Below, piece after piece: positions 1 through 7,567 of a DNA stretch of 32,000 nt. Source of the DNA: Telmatocola sphagniphila. Its GTDB lineage: Bacteria > Planctomycetota > Planctomycetia > Gemmatales > Gemmataceae. A program made the position numbers and the translations under genes. The stretch lies in NCBI RefSeq assembly GCF_018398935.1, contig NZ_CP074694.1, forward strand, positions 5,310,001 to 5,342,000, given 5' to 3'. The notes under the pieces are model-generated. The model was given only the letters and a program-made list of their open reading frames with translations. It did no database searches and had not been told where the DNA came from. Positions within the stretch are counted from its first letter, which is position 1. Each line of letters starts with the position of its first letter.

Positions 1-2
1 CA

Positions 3-458
3 AAACTCGGCGATGTGTTTGAAGTTGCTCTTTCCAAAGGGGACTTCGGATATATTCAGTATGTTTACAATTATCGTAAGCCGCCCGTATGTGGTCCGTT
101 GATTCGCATCCTGCCTGGACTCTACGCTTCCAGACCTGAGAATATAAGTGATTTGGTTGCGCAATCGGAACGTTTCTGGACTTTCTATCCGCTAGCTACC
201 CTTTTGCATCAGGGATTAGTTACGAAAGTTTCAAACGAAGCAATTCCTGAACGATGTCAGACGTTCCCCTTGTTCAAGGCATGTAATCGGAACTTTCAAA
301 CGGGACAGAAGACTTGGTTTCTCTGGGATGGAGATAAAGAATGGAAAGAAGACCCACTTTCACCAGAGTATTATGATCTATCGCTTTGCCAGATTATAGG
401 TCATGAACTACTCGTCGAACGTATTGAAACCACCTGGTCGCCTCGCGATGAAGTATAA
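3..458 (+). CDS. 5'-truncated hypothetical protein (runs off the window edge), resembling a polymorphic-toxin immunity protein
   Basis: The track ORF is 15..458 with a GTG start, but the frame stays open back to nt 3 (K-L-G-D upstream), so the true start lies outside the window. The N-terminal motif KLGDVFEVALSKGDFGYIQYVY and the W/E-rich C-terminal half resemble immunity proteins of polymorphic toxin systems. The exact family cannot be verified without an HMM search. Sampled lines are low GC (26/60 on the first line). Confidence 0.5.
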   Translation, partial: KLGDVFEVALSKGDFGYIQYVYNYRKPPVCGPLIRILPGLYASRPENISDLVAQSERFWTFYPLATLLHQGLVTKVSNEAIPERCQTFPLFKACNRNFQTGQKTWFLWDGDKEWKEDPLSPEYYDLSLCQIIGHELLVERIETTWSPRDEV

Positions 459-532
459 ATTTCGCGTTTTGGGCGATCGTTGAACTGTTTGAGTACTCCA
501 AATCTAAATGGCTCGGAATTACTGGATGCGGT

Positions 533-946
533 ATGGACATGCAATATTTGAAATTTCATGGCATTGCTATGAAAGAAGCAGAAAATGAATTTTCTGCTTC
601 TTTCTTTGAAGACGAAAAAGATGCGCTAGCGAAAAAACTGTTCGAAGAATATTTGAGTGAAGGCGCTCCGAAAGACACTAATAAATGGCTGCGATCCAAA
701 CTCAAAAGCGTTTTTCAGTATGTGGATTCACCTCCAAAGTGGGTCGAAAATGGTTTAGACCCGATTTGGCCTTTCCTAGATGGCTTTCCTATGATCTTCA
801 TCAAACAATTTGAGCTACCAGACAACGAATTTTGTGCTCAGAGTCTATCTGCTGGTACGATTTTGTACGTTTTTGGTGCTCGTCGAAAAACATCACATGG
901 TTTCGAGATGATTTACCGAGTAGTGGAGCAAGATATAGCTTTTTAA
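533..946 (+). CDS. hypothetical protein, possibly YwqG/DUF1963-like (immunity-like)
   Basis: 137-aa ORF on the same strand as, and 74 nt downstream of, the previous cassette. The motif PKWVENGLDPIWPFLDGFPMIFIKQFELP...GTILYVFGAR recalls the P.W.Q..WP...G.PM.F..Q pattern of YwqG/DUF1963-type proteins. This is pattern recognition only. Confidence 0.4.
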   Translation: MDMQYLKFHGIAMKEAENEFSASFFEDEKDALAKKLFEEYLSEGAPKDTNKWLRSKLKSVFQYVDSPPKWVENGLDPIWPFLDGFPMIFIKQFELPDNEFCAQSLSAGTILYVFGARRKTSHGFEMIYRVVEQDIAF

Positions 947-954
947 AGATGAAT

Positions 955-1030
955 TTGTCTTAGAGCCTCTAACAAAACCTCAGTTTGTTCATGGAATACT
1001 GCTACAAAAAGGGGTTTTGTTAGAGCCTCT
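955..1030. repeat. inter-cassette repeat: 13-bp inverted repeat plus a direct TAGAGCCTCT repeat
   Basis: CTCTAACAAAACC at 967-979 is the exact reverse complement of GGTTTTGTTAGAG at 1013-1025, with a 33-nt loop. TAGAGCCTCT occurs at 961-970 and again at 1021-1030, each time preceded by TTTGT. The element starts 9 nt after the stop of ORF 533..946. No T-tract follows it. Confidence 0.6.
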
Positions 1031-1131
1031 TACGTATAAGACATACATTTCTCCTTAGTCTGCGGTATTTACGTCTGTTTTCATGTACTCAGCATACTAT
1101 AGTATAGCTCGATCATTGGATGAATTCGAAA

Positions 1132-1735
1132 ATGCCATTTCACGTCCTAGTCGAGCGAATTGAAAACGATGCTGGACCGAATTTTTCCCGGTTGAGCCAA
1201 AATATGGTCCAGGTCCGAAGTGCCCGAAATGCGGACAATTTGTCGGCTCACTACCTTTGGTACCCCCTACCGCTTCAAGTTGGATGTTTGGGGTAATCAA
1301 TACGGCGATCTCGCGTTCGGAGGTCCCAGTCTTTTGATTTCTGAATTCTTCAAAGAAGTCTATCACCAAAACAGATTGACCGGCCTGAATGGATTCGAGC
1401 CCGCTCTAATGTTGAAATGCCAAAGTCGATTGAGGCTCAAAGAAACACCTCCAAATTATCTCCATGTAGAGCTCCATCGAGGGTTCACTTCAATCGACGA
1501 GGCGGGTTCAGAAGTTGTTTGGGAAGATCCCATTGTCTGTAGCTATTGTCTACTAGGGTACAAACTCAAGCGACGTCGACGCATCATTATTGATGAATCG
1601 ACTTGGAACGGTGAGGACATTTTTTATGCCCGTGGCCTCCCAGGTATAATCCTCGTTTCCAGCCGTTTCAAAGAAGTGTGCGAACAGCATCAGATCAAAA
1701 ATGCGATTTTCGTACCTTCCCAACACCGGCGTTAA
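1132..1735 (+). pseudogene. double-CXXCG motif / Imm11(DUF1629)-like protein, disrupted by two -1 frameshifts
   Basis: The coding signal is split over three frames. Frame 1 from ATG 1132 reads MPFHVLVERIENDAGPNF. Frame 3 reads FPVEPKYGPGPKCPKCGQFVGSLPLVPP, which holds the first CXXCG. Frame 2 is track ORF 1220..1735 and reads PYRFKLDVWG...CSYCLLG...WNGEDIFYARGLPGIILVSSRFKEVCEQHQIKNAIFVP. The frame switches fall at a T5 run (1182-1186) and a C5 run (1263-1267). Adding one base at each run gives a continuous protein of about 200 aa. Confidence 0.6.
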
Positions 1736-1764
1736 ATTGTTTGGCGTCACACTCAATTCCCTAC

Positions 1765-3705
1765 TCACAGCGCCAGCCGATTGGCCTGTTTTATCTCACC
1801 CCAAACGCGTTCCGCCGCATCCGCGGCCTGCATCCGCAACTCCGGTACGGCCGTACTTTCCCAAAGCGCCGGCTTGCGAAGCGTTCCCACCACGAAAATC
1901 TCGGGCACCGCTTCGCCGTTGATGTCGATCAAATTTCCACTCGGCGTCGTTTCAATTCCCAGAGCCAACGCGTCGGTTCTCAGACAACCTTCCACCAGTA
2001 GCGAACCCATCACCGGATTCGCTTCCGCACTATTCGAAGGCATCGGGCCAGTGCAATTCAATACCCAGGCCGCTTGAATCAGACGAATTTGTTGCGTCGC
2101 CCGTTCCCGAATGCTCAGATGGACCAACTTATCATCGGCTTGACCCGATTCGATTTTTCCCGAAATGATTTTCAGCTGCCCGCTGGTAAGCATCTGCTGA
2201 AACTTTTCCGCCACGGCCGAAGCCATGCGATGCCGATGCACTTCCCAGAAAGGCCGCAAATGAGACAGAAAACGACGGCGTTCGATAGGACTTAATGCCT
2301 GCCAAACCTTGGCGGTGTGCGGTCGCAATCCGTCCACGACGCTGCGCCAGTCGCCTCCGTTGGCCATCCGAGATTTAGCAAGTTGACGGAGCTCGCGGCA
2401 AAATCTTCGAGCTTGCAAACCGCTATCCCGAGCGATTGAATCCTCCACTAGCTCGTCCAGTCGCGCCGGGCTCACAGCTGAGGTGGCATGCGACAGCGGC
2501 AGCAAGCCTCGCCGGGAAATCATGGTAATCGTCGACTGCGGATGGTGCTCGGCCAGCGACAGCGCAGTATCGACGGCCGTTAGTCCCGTGCCCAAAATCA
2601 CGACTTGATCGCGAACTCCGACATCGTTTGTTGCGAAGGGTCGCCAGGGATCGAGGAGATAGCGGGCGCGCGGCCCGCTCCAACTCTTACCAATCGGATC
2701 GGAAGGCGGGCGGTGTCCGATGGCCAAAATCACGGCATCGGTCCGGAAACTGGTGCCGCGACCCAAGTGGACCATCCAGCCCCCCTGCGGATGGCGTGCC
2801 AATCGACGAACCTCGTCCAGTATCACATCCAGCTTGGCGTGGGCTCCGGCCTCTTCCGCAGTCGTCAGCAGTGATTCGCGAACGTACTCGCCGTACCATT
2901 GTCGCGGCAGAAAATCTTTGCCCGTCACGCCGGGATGCCGTCGCTGAGCCCAATGCAGAAAATCATCCGGCTTATCAGGCCAGGCGCTCATCCGGGCGGC
3001 GGGCACATTCAATAAATGAATCGACTCGCGAGTGCTGTAGGCCAGCCCTTCACCAATGGTTCCCCGCCGTTCGACGAGTTCAACATTCACGGGTTCGCCA
3101 GCCATCTCAGCGCGTCGCAGAATTTGGGCCGCCGCCATTGAACCGCTGAAACCACCGCCCACGATTGTGATCGTCGGGGTGAGGTTGCGATAAAGTTTCA
3201 AGGGGCTCTTGTGCGTGTTTGGTCGCGGCTCAAAGCGGCGAAATTCCTTAAGTCGCGGTGCATAGATGTGAACAGTGACTAACAACTGACCATTTTGTGA
3301 AGCGTTGCGAATCGAATGCACCCCGGCGTCATGCCCGCCAACCACTTGTCCGGCCTCAATGGGTGTCTCGTATTCGAGATCGGCATAGCCATCCGCTCCG
3401 ATGCCATAGCTCGCTTCAACCGCTTCTCCCTGAATGACGCGGACTACACAAATGGAATTGGTGTGATCGTGCGGAATACTCGCTTGCCCCGGCAGCCAGG
3501 TCATCACCAGCAGTTCGTAGTGCTCGCGCAGAACAACAGGAACCCGGCTATAATTTTGCTGAGTTTTTTGAACGAAATCAATGACATCGTCGCTGGTCAG
3601 TTCGAACGCTTCGAGCGTCCTAACCAATTCGACCAAAGTGGGTTCTGGTGCGAGCTCATCGAGTTTCTGCACCAGATCAAGGAGTGGGCCGCGCAGTGTT
3701 CGCAT
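1765..3705 (-). CDS. fusion protein: cysteine-dioxygenase-type cupin domain plus FAD/NAD(P)-binding (YdhS-like) oxidoreductase domain
   Basis: 646 aa. The N-terminal ~160 aa carry the thiol-dioxygenase cupin signature WLPGQASIPHDHTNSICVVRVIQGEAVEASY...GVHSIRN. From about aa 178 there is a Rossmann motif ITIVGGGFSGSMAAAQIL, a second dinucleotide motif VVILGTGLTAVD, and a long FAD-NAD(P)-binding-type body. Confidence 0.75.
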   Translation of the reverse strand: MRTLRGPLLDLVQKLDELAPEPTLVELVRTLEAFELTSDDVIDFVQKTQQNYSRVPVVLREHYELLVMTWLPGQASIPHDHTNSICVVRVIQGEAVEASYGIGADGYADLEYETPIEAGQVVGGHDAGVHSIRNASQNGQLLVTVHIYAPRLKEFRRFEPRPNTHKSPLKLYRNLTPTITIVGGGFSGSMAAAQILRRAEMAGEPVNVELVERRGTIGEGLAYSTRESIHLLNVPAARMSAWPDKPDDFLHWAQRRHPGVTGKDFLPRQWYGEYVRESLLTTAEEAGAHAKLDVILDEVRRLARHPQGGWMVHLGRGTSFRTDAVILAIGHRPPSDPIGKSWSGPRARYLLDPWRPFATNDVGVRDQVVILGTGLTAVDTALSLAEHHPQSTITMISRRGLLPLSHATSAVSPARLDELVEDSIARDSGLQARRFCRELRQLAKSRMANGGDWRSVVDGLRPHTAKVWQALSPIERRRFLSHLRPFWEVHRHRMASAVAEKFQQMLTSGQLKIISGKIESGQADDKLVHLSIRERATQQIRLIQAAWVLNCTGPMPSNSAEANPVMGSLLVEGCLRTDALALGIETTPSGNLIDINGEAVPEIFVVGTLRKPALWESTAVPELRMQAADAAERVWGEIKQANRLAL

Positions 3706-3892
3706 AAGCTCCTTTCATAATAAAAGATCCGCATTCGAGAAATATCAATCTCGATAAATCCCGAATTAATCAGAACTTATTGAAGCAATAATCGGAAGGA
3801 GCTTCTGTCCTGATATCGCCTGAATTTGGATCTGTTTTTGATTTGAAAAGAGGGATCTGCGGGAGAGGAAGTGGGCGTGGAAAAAGAGGAAA

Positions 3893-4153
3893 TCACCCAA
3901 GATCAGCATTGCGATCATATTTATAGCGTTTAAATTTTCGGTAAGGATCGCTGCTGGCGGAGACGACTCGTTCGATATCGACAGCGGACATGCCGCGATC
4001 GAGCATTTCCCGTTTCAATGCGGCGTCCAGCTCGGCCCGCCGATTCTTAATCAGATAGCTGGTGACGGTGCCAAAGGTGATGCCAGTAATCGGCACCAAT
4101 ACTCCCAGAGCGATGACGATGAGCCAGGGATTTTCGAGCAGAATCAAGTACAT
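3893..4153 (-). CDS. small membrane protein (one TM helix plus a charged C-terminal tail)
   Basis: The track ORF is 3893..4180. I prefer the internal ATG at 4153 (MYLILLENPWLIVIALGVLVPITGITFG...) because an AAGGA Shine-Dalgarno-like motif sits about 7 nt upstream. There is a hydrophobic N-terminal helix followed by RRAELDAALKREMLDRGMSAVDIERVV. No family was recognised. Confidence 0.5.
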   Translation of the reverse strand: MYLILLENPWLIVIALGVLVPITGITFGTVTSYLIKNRRAELDAALKREMLDRGMSAVDIERVVSASSDPYRKFKRYKYDRNADLG

Positions 4154-4591
4154 GGCCGATCCTTTGTAGATTGCGAGCAATGGATGCCGGTTATTCGGAG
4201 GAGGAAGAAGACGATTTGAATATCACTGGAATTATTGTTTGAAAAGGGGTGTTTGTATGGAAAGCTAAGGTTGGCTAACAACTCGATTTTGATACTCGTC
4301 TGTCGAACACGAGCTTTTCGATACTATTTCTGAAACAGGCGCGAAAAAGTCTCTTCGAAAATGTTCTTTTCCAAAATCCGGAGGATAACCGGACAGCACA
4401 ATGACACCAGACAGGGCGAATACAAACAACGCCCATGATCAATAACTCGTTTTGTAGATGCGCTTGGCCGGGTGGTTTTCTTTGAGACAATCCATTTTCT
4501 CTTTCTCTGCATTTTCTTCAGAGGATGGAGATTTCGAATATCAAAGGCCGAGTGGATGACCATTAATACATGGTATCTAATAATCGATAGG

Positions 4592-4768
4592 TTAGCGACG
4601 CATCGCAGCGAAGCGCAGATGCGTTTGTGATTCAGAAATATCAGCTGTTTTCACGCATCTGCGTAAAACCTTCGATGCGTCGCTAATTTCTATCCGTAAA
4701 TTGGTTTCTTTGAAATGGCGGGCTGGGCCAGAACGCATCTCTGCCCAACCTTCGATGCGTCGCTAATT
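4592..4768. repeat. nested palindrome and direct-repeat element in a 617-bp non-coding gap
   Basis: TTAGCGACGCATCG (4592-4605) is the exact inverse of CGATGCGTCGCTAA (4673-4686). An inner arm GCGCAGATGCGT (4613-4624) pairs with ACGCATCTGCGT (4653-4664) at 11 of 12 positions, giving a ~95-nt imperfect hairpin. The 22-mer AACCTTCGATGCGTCGCTAATT is repeated directly at 4667-4688 and 4747-4768, each copy preceded by ACGCATCT (4653-4660 and 4733-4740). Confidence 0.8.
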
Positions 4769-4797
4769 CGATTTGACGACCAAAAAATGTCAATTGC

Positions 4798-5202
4798 TCA
4801 ACTCTTACTGCGCCCTGGCTTCTTGGCCGTCGACAGCTTTGCCTGACTGGGATCAATCCGATTGATAGCCACACCGGCGGCGCGGCGGATGCGAGCATCC
4901 TGATCATGCAGTGCCGCTTGCAAGGCCGGGATAGCCTCTTTAGCCTGCTCACCCAAGACACCTAAGCCGATGGCCGCGCTCAAACGGATGTCGTCTTCCT
5001 TATCTTTCAGGGCCGCGATCAGCGCTGGCAATACCTTCTCCACTTCGCCTGTGCGGGAAGTCAGGCTGCGCACGGCCACGAAGCGCTCTTTTTCGCCGCC
5101 TTTACTCAAATCGGCGATCAGTTCATTAGTCGATTTTTCTGAACCGCAGCCGATACAGCCGAACAGGCCGACGAACAGAAGGAAGTAGATTCGATGCCGC
5201 AT
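4798..5202 (-). CDS. HEAT-repeat lipoprotein
   Basis: The track ORF is 4798..5247. The likely start is MRHRIYFLLFVGLFGCIGC at 5202, giving a signal peptide with an LFG|C lipobox. HEAT/PBS-type repeats follow: VLPALIAALKDKEDDIRLSAAIGLGVLG and AIPALQAALHDQDARIRRAAGVAI. It lies 38 nt downstream of the DUF1559 gene. Confidence 0.7.
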   Translation of the reverse strand: MRHRIYFLLFVGLFGCIGCGSEKSTNELIADLSKGGEKERFVAVRSLTSRTGEVEKVLPALIAALKDKEDDIRLSAAIGLGVLGEQAKEAIPALQAALHDQDARIRRAAGVAINRIDPSQAKLSTAKKPGRSKS

Positions 5203-5240
5203 AGTCGTTTCCTCGGATCTCGAGTCCGGTCTGGATGCAA

Positions 5241-6269
5241 TTACCAATTCGTGGAAATTTCCCCACCGGCTATGGTCGCCAGGTACTGATAAGTCAGCGG
5301 ATCGATACTGCGGGTCAGAAAATGGACGGAGCCGTCGCCAAAAAGAAAATTGGCACCGCCAGTGTGGTAGCTGTAGAACGTATCGGGATCGAAGAAGGGT
5401 TGGTCGGCGCTGGGTAAGTGCGTTTGATTGCAGTGGGCCAGAACCAGGGCTTCGCCATAATCGGCGTTATCGTAGGCGGAACCATTTGGTCCGACCGGAG
5501 CGCTCGAAGGAGCCGTGTAAGGACTCGTGTAGGGTGTGGTGGCCATCCAGGCGGGACACATCGCCTGAGGGATGGCTCCCGCCCAGACGCTAGGGGAGTG
5601 ATTACTCGAACGTTCGCCGGCGATGATCGTGTTGCTCAATCCATCGGTTACGCTGGCGAAAGTATTGCGACTGTTGCGGTAGAACAGGCCAACACCGGCC
5701 GAGCCATAAGTGCCATTCAATCCATCCGAGCCCGTTCCGGGTTGAGGATTGCCACTCGCACCGTTGAAGCATTCGATCCAGCCGTTGCAGCCGACGTAGT
5801 TGCTGTGGGCCACCGTGATCGAGTTGGAAGAGTTCCAGAAGTAGAGTGTGCAAGGTTGGGAATTCGGATCAGAAGGGCACAGATAAATATTAACAGTTTG
5901 CTGGCTGACCGTTGCATTGTTGCCAACGCCGATCCCGGCGTTGAAGTTGATTTGGTTGAAAAGATTTCCTTGTTCGATGTAGGGCAGGATGTAGGAGGCC
6001 CAACCCCAGCCGGGCCCCACGTCGTTATCCGGCGTGCTGCTCAAACTGGTGTTGCCGTCGGTATAGCCGGGGGGAAACATGTTGTTAGCGTCGTGGTAGC
6101 TGTGTAAGGCCAGCCCGATCTGCTTCAGGCTGTTGGTGCACTTCATCCGGGCCGCGGCTTCGCGAACCTTCTGGACTGCCGGCAGCAGAAGCCCAATCAG
6201 AATAGCGATGATCGCGATAACCACCAGCAGTTCGATGAGCGTAAAGCCTTGGCGTTTCTGGGTTTTCAT
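5241..6269 (-). CDS. DUF1559 domain protein with prepilin-type N-terminal cleavage/methylation domain
   Basis: [60 protein letters not shown] is the canonical planctomycete DUF1559 N-terminus, and the C-terminal motif GGANFLFGDGSVHFL is also present. The start was moved to the internal Met at 6269 (track start 6305). Confidence 0.9.
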   Translation of the reverse strand: MKTQKRQGFTLIELLVVIAIIAILIGLLLPAVQKVREAAARMKCTNSLKQIGLALHSYHDANNMFPPGYTDGNTSLSSTPDNDVGPGWGWASYILPYIEQGNLFNQINFNAGIGVGNNATVSQQTVNIYLCPSDPNSQPCTLYFWNSSNSITVAHSNYVGCNGWIECFNGASGNPQPGTGSDGLNGTYGSAGVGLFYRNSRNTFASVTDGLSNTIIAGERSSNHSPSVWAGAIPQAMCPAWMATTPYTSPYTAPSSAPVGPNGSAYDNADYGEALVLAHCNQTHLPSADQPFFDPDTFYSYHTGGANFLFGDGSVHFLTRSIDPLTYQYLATIAGGEISTNW

Positions 6270-6476
6270 GGTACCACTCGAAGCGTTATACAATGTAATA
6301 ACCAATGGAATAACTTAGTATTACAAATTTATACGCGGCCGTCAATCAAATTGTTCGCGCGGCCAGAACCGACAAATAAAGGGAAACTTAGAGAGCAGGG
6401 AGGACGGGCGATTTCGTCAGAATTGGAAACTACGCGAAGGGCAGCGCGGAATCCGTTGCTGCCGATGGAAAGAGAG

Positions 6477-7463
6477 TTATTTGTACTCTTTGACGAAGTG
6501 TGGGGAATCCAGCAGTGCTTTCAATTCCGTCGGGTTCACTGCGTTCGGCTTGTAGAGCAGCGCCCGGCGACTTAAGCCCTGATCGTCTTCCAGATCGTGA
6601 AAAGTCTTGGCCACCGCCCAGATGTTGGCTTTGGAGAGACTGTCGCCCAGATAGACCCAGTCGTTCATGTTCAGCAATTCGGGTTCCGAGGTCAGATCGG
6701 GTTCCATCAGCTTGTGCAAGAAGTAAGGTTGATTGGCCAGCTTCCGCATCCGTTCCCGTTCCGTCGGCGTGGCTCGCAGCCAGGCCGGGTAATCTTCCAG
6801 CATCACATTTCGTTCCGGAACTACCGTTTCGCCCTTGAGGTTAATGAACAGATCGACCGAATCGTCCAGCAATCGCGGCACCCGTACTTCGATGACGCCC
6901 AACCCGGCTTCTCGGGCGTTGGAAATCAGCGTTTCCATGTCCTCGTCGAATTCGGCATCACTGACCAGATGCAGCGAACGGAGCGAATCGAGTTCGGGAA
7001 CTTTGGAAAGCAGTTCGATGAAATTGGAAGCGGTGGTCAGCTTCACCTGGCGAATCGGCGTGAGGGGGAACAGGTGATAATCGGCATCCATGAATCCGAC
7101 GACCGAGGCGGAAATATCTTCGATGAAACCGCGGCGAAAACCCCAGGCGCCCCCTTTGCCGAACAGTCGGGCCGTCAGCCATTTCAATGGTTCTTTCAGG
7201 CGGGGCATCAGATGCGTGCGGAATGGCCGTTCCCAGCAGGTGCGATATTGTTCGAGGAGTTCGCGTTCGCGGTGGGCGATCGTGGGCCAGCGGGGGCTAT
7301 CCAGCTCCATGGCTTCGATGTCGATTTGCAATTGAATTAATTCGGCCCGAGCTTGACAGGCCCGATCGGGGCGGGCGCGCAGGACCTCCGCATACGCCAG
7401 CCGGGGAGCATTATCATCCGGGGCCGAAAGGATGGCCCGGATATGTGTTGCGTCATCAACCAT
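6477..7463 (-). CDS. TIGR02996 domain-containing protein (Gemmata paralogous family) with an LRR-like middle region
   Basis: The N-terminus IRAILSAPDDNAPRLAYAEVLRARPD...RAELIQLQIDIEA...ERELLEQYRTCW matches the TIGR02996 pattern (ILANPDDDAPRLVYADWLEE...AEFIRLQ). Confidence 0.8.
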   Translation of the reverse strand: MVDDATHIRAILSAPDDNAPRLAYAEVLRARPDRACQARAELIQLQIDIEAMELDSPRWPTIAHRERELLEQYRTCWERPFRTHLMPRLKEPLKWLTARLFGKGGAWGFRRGFIEDISASVVGFMDADYHLFPLTPIRQVKLTTASNFIELLSKVPELDSLRSLHLVSDAEFDEDMETLISNAREAGLGVIEVRVPRLLDDSVDLFINLKGETVVPERNVMLEDYPAWLRATPTERERMRKLANQPYFLHKLMEPDLTSEPELLNMNDWVYLGDSLSKANIWAVAKTFHDLEDDQGLSRRALLYKPNAVNPTELKALLDSPHFVKEYK

Positions 7464-7567
7464 GGAGCTTGTCTCGAGTCCGTGAGCTTTCAGCTAGTAT
7501 AGCTTGCAAAAAGGCCAGCGGCGCTCCGAGACGGACGAACCGGATTGATTCCGAGATCCACCGGAAA

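Noticed and set aside
1097-1369. 90-aa minus-strand ORF over the start of the double-CXXCG pseudogene.
   Set aside because: The plus strand carries the recognisable CXXCG coding signal in three frames. The minus-strand ORF has no features.
1678-2077. Plus-strand ORFs 1678..2001, 1701..1922 and 1781..2077, which appear to extend beyond the pseudogene.
   Set aside because: They are antisense to the 3' end of the cupin-FAD gene and are Pro/Arg/Ser-rich shadow ORFs.
4275-4563. Two overlapping minus-strand ORFs (71 and 79 aa) in the AT-rich gap.
   Set aside because: They are mutually exclusive frames with no Shine-Dalgarno, no motifs, and Cys/Arg/Lys-rich composition typical of random AT-rich sequence. 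One hydrophobic stretch (LYSPCLVSLCCPVILRIL) is not enough to call a gene. The region is treated as non-coding.
4667-4768. 22-bp direct repeat with 80-bp periodicity, considered as a possible CRISPR array.
   Set aside because: There are only two direct copies plus an inverted copy. The spacer is too long, the repeats are part of a larger palindrome, and no cas genes are nearby.
4683-4961. 92-aa minus-strand ORF spanning the repeat element and the 3' end of the HEAT lipoprotein gene.
   Set aside because: It is out of frame with the real HEAT gene and runs through the palindromic repeats. It is Arg/Cys-rich with no support.
6170-6270. About 80% DNA similarity between the 5' ends of the two DUF1559 genes (6170-6270 versus 10200-10300), considered as a possible dispersed repeat.
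   Set aside because: It is explained by the highly conserved prepilin-type N-terminal peptide ([44 protein letters not shown]). The similarity stops at the end of that motif.
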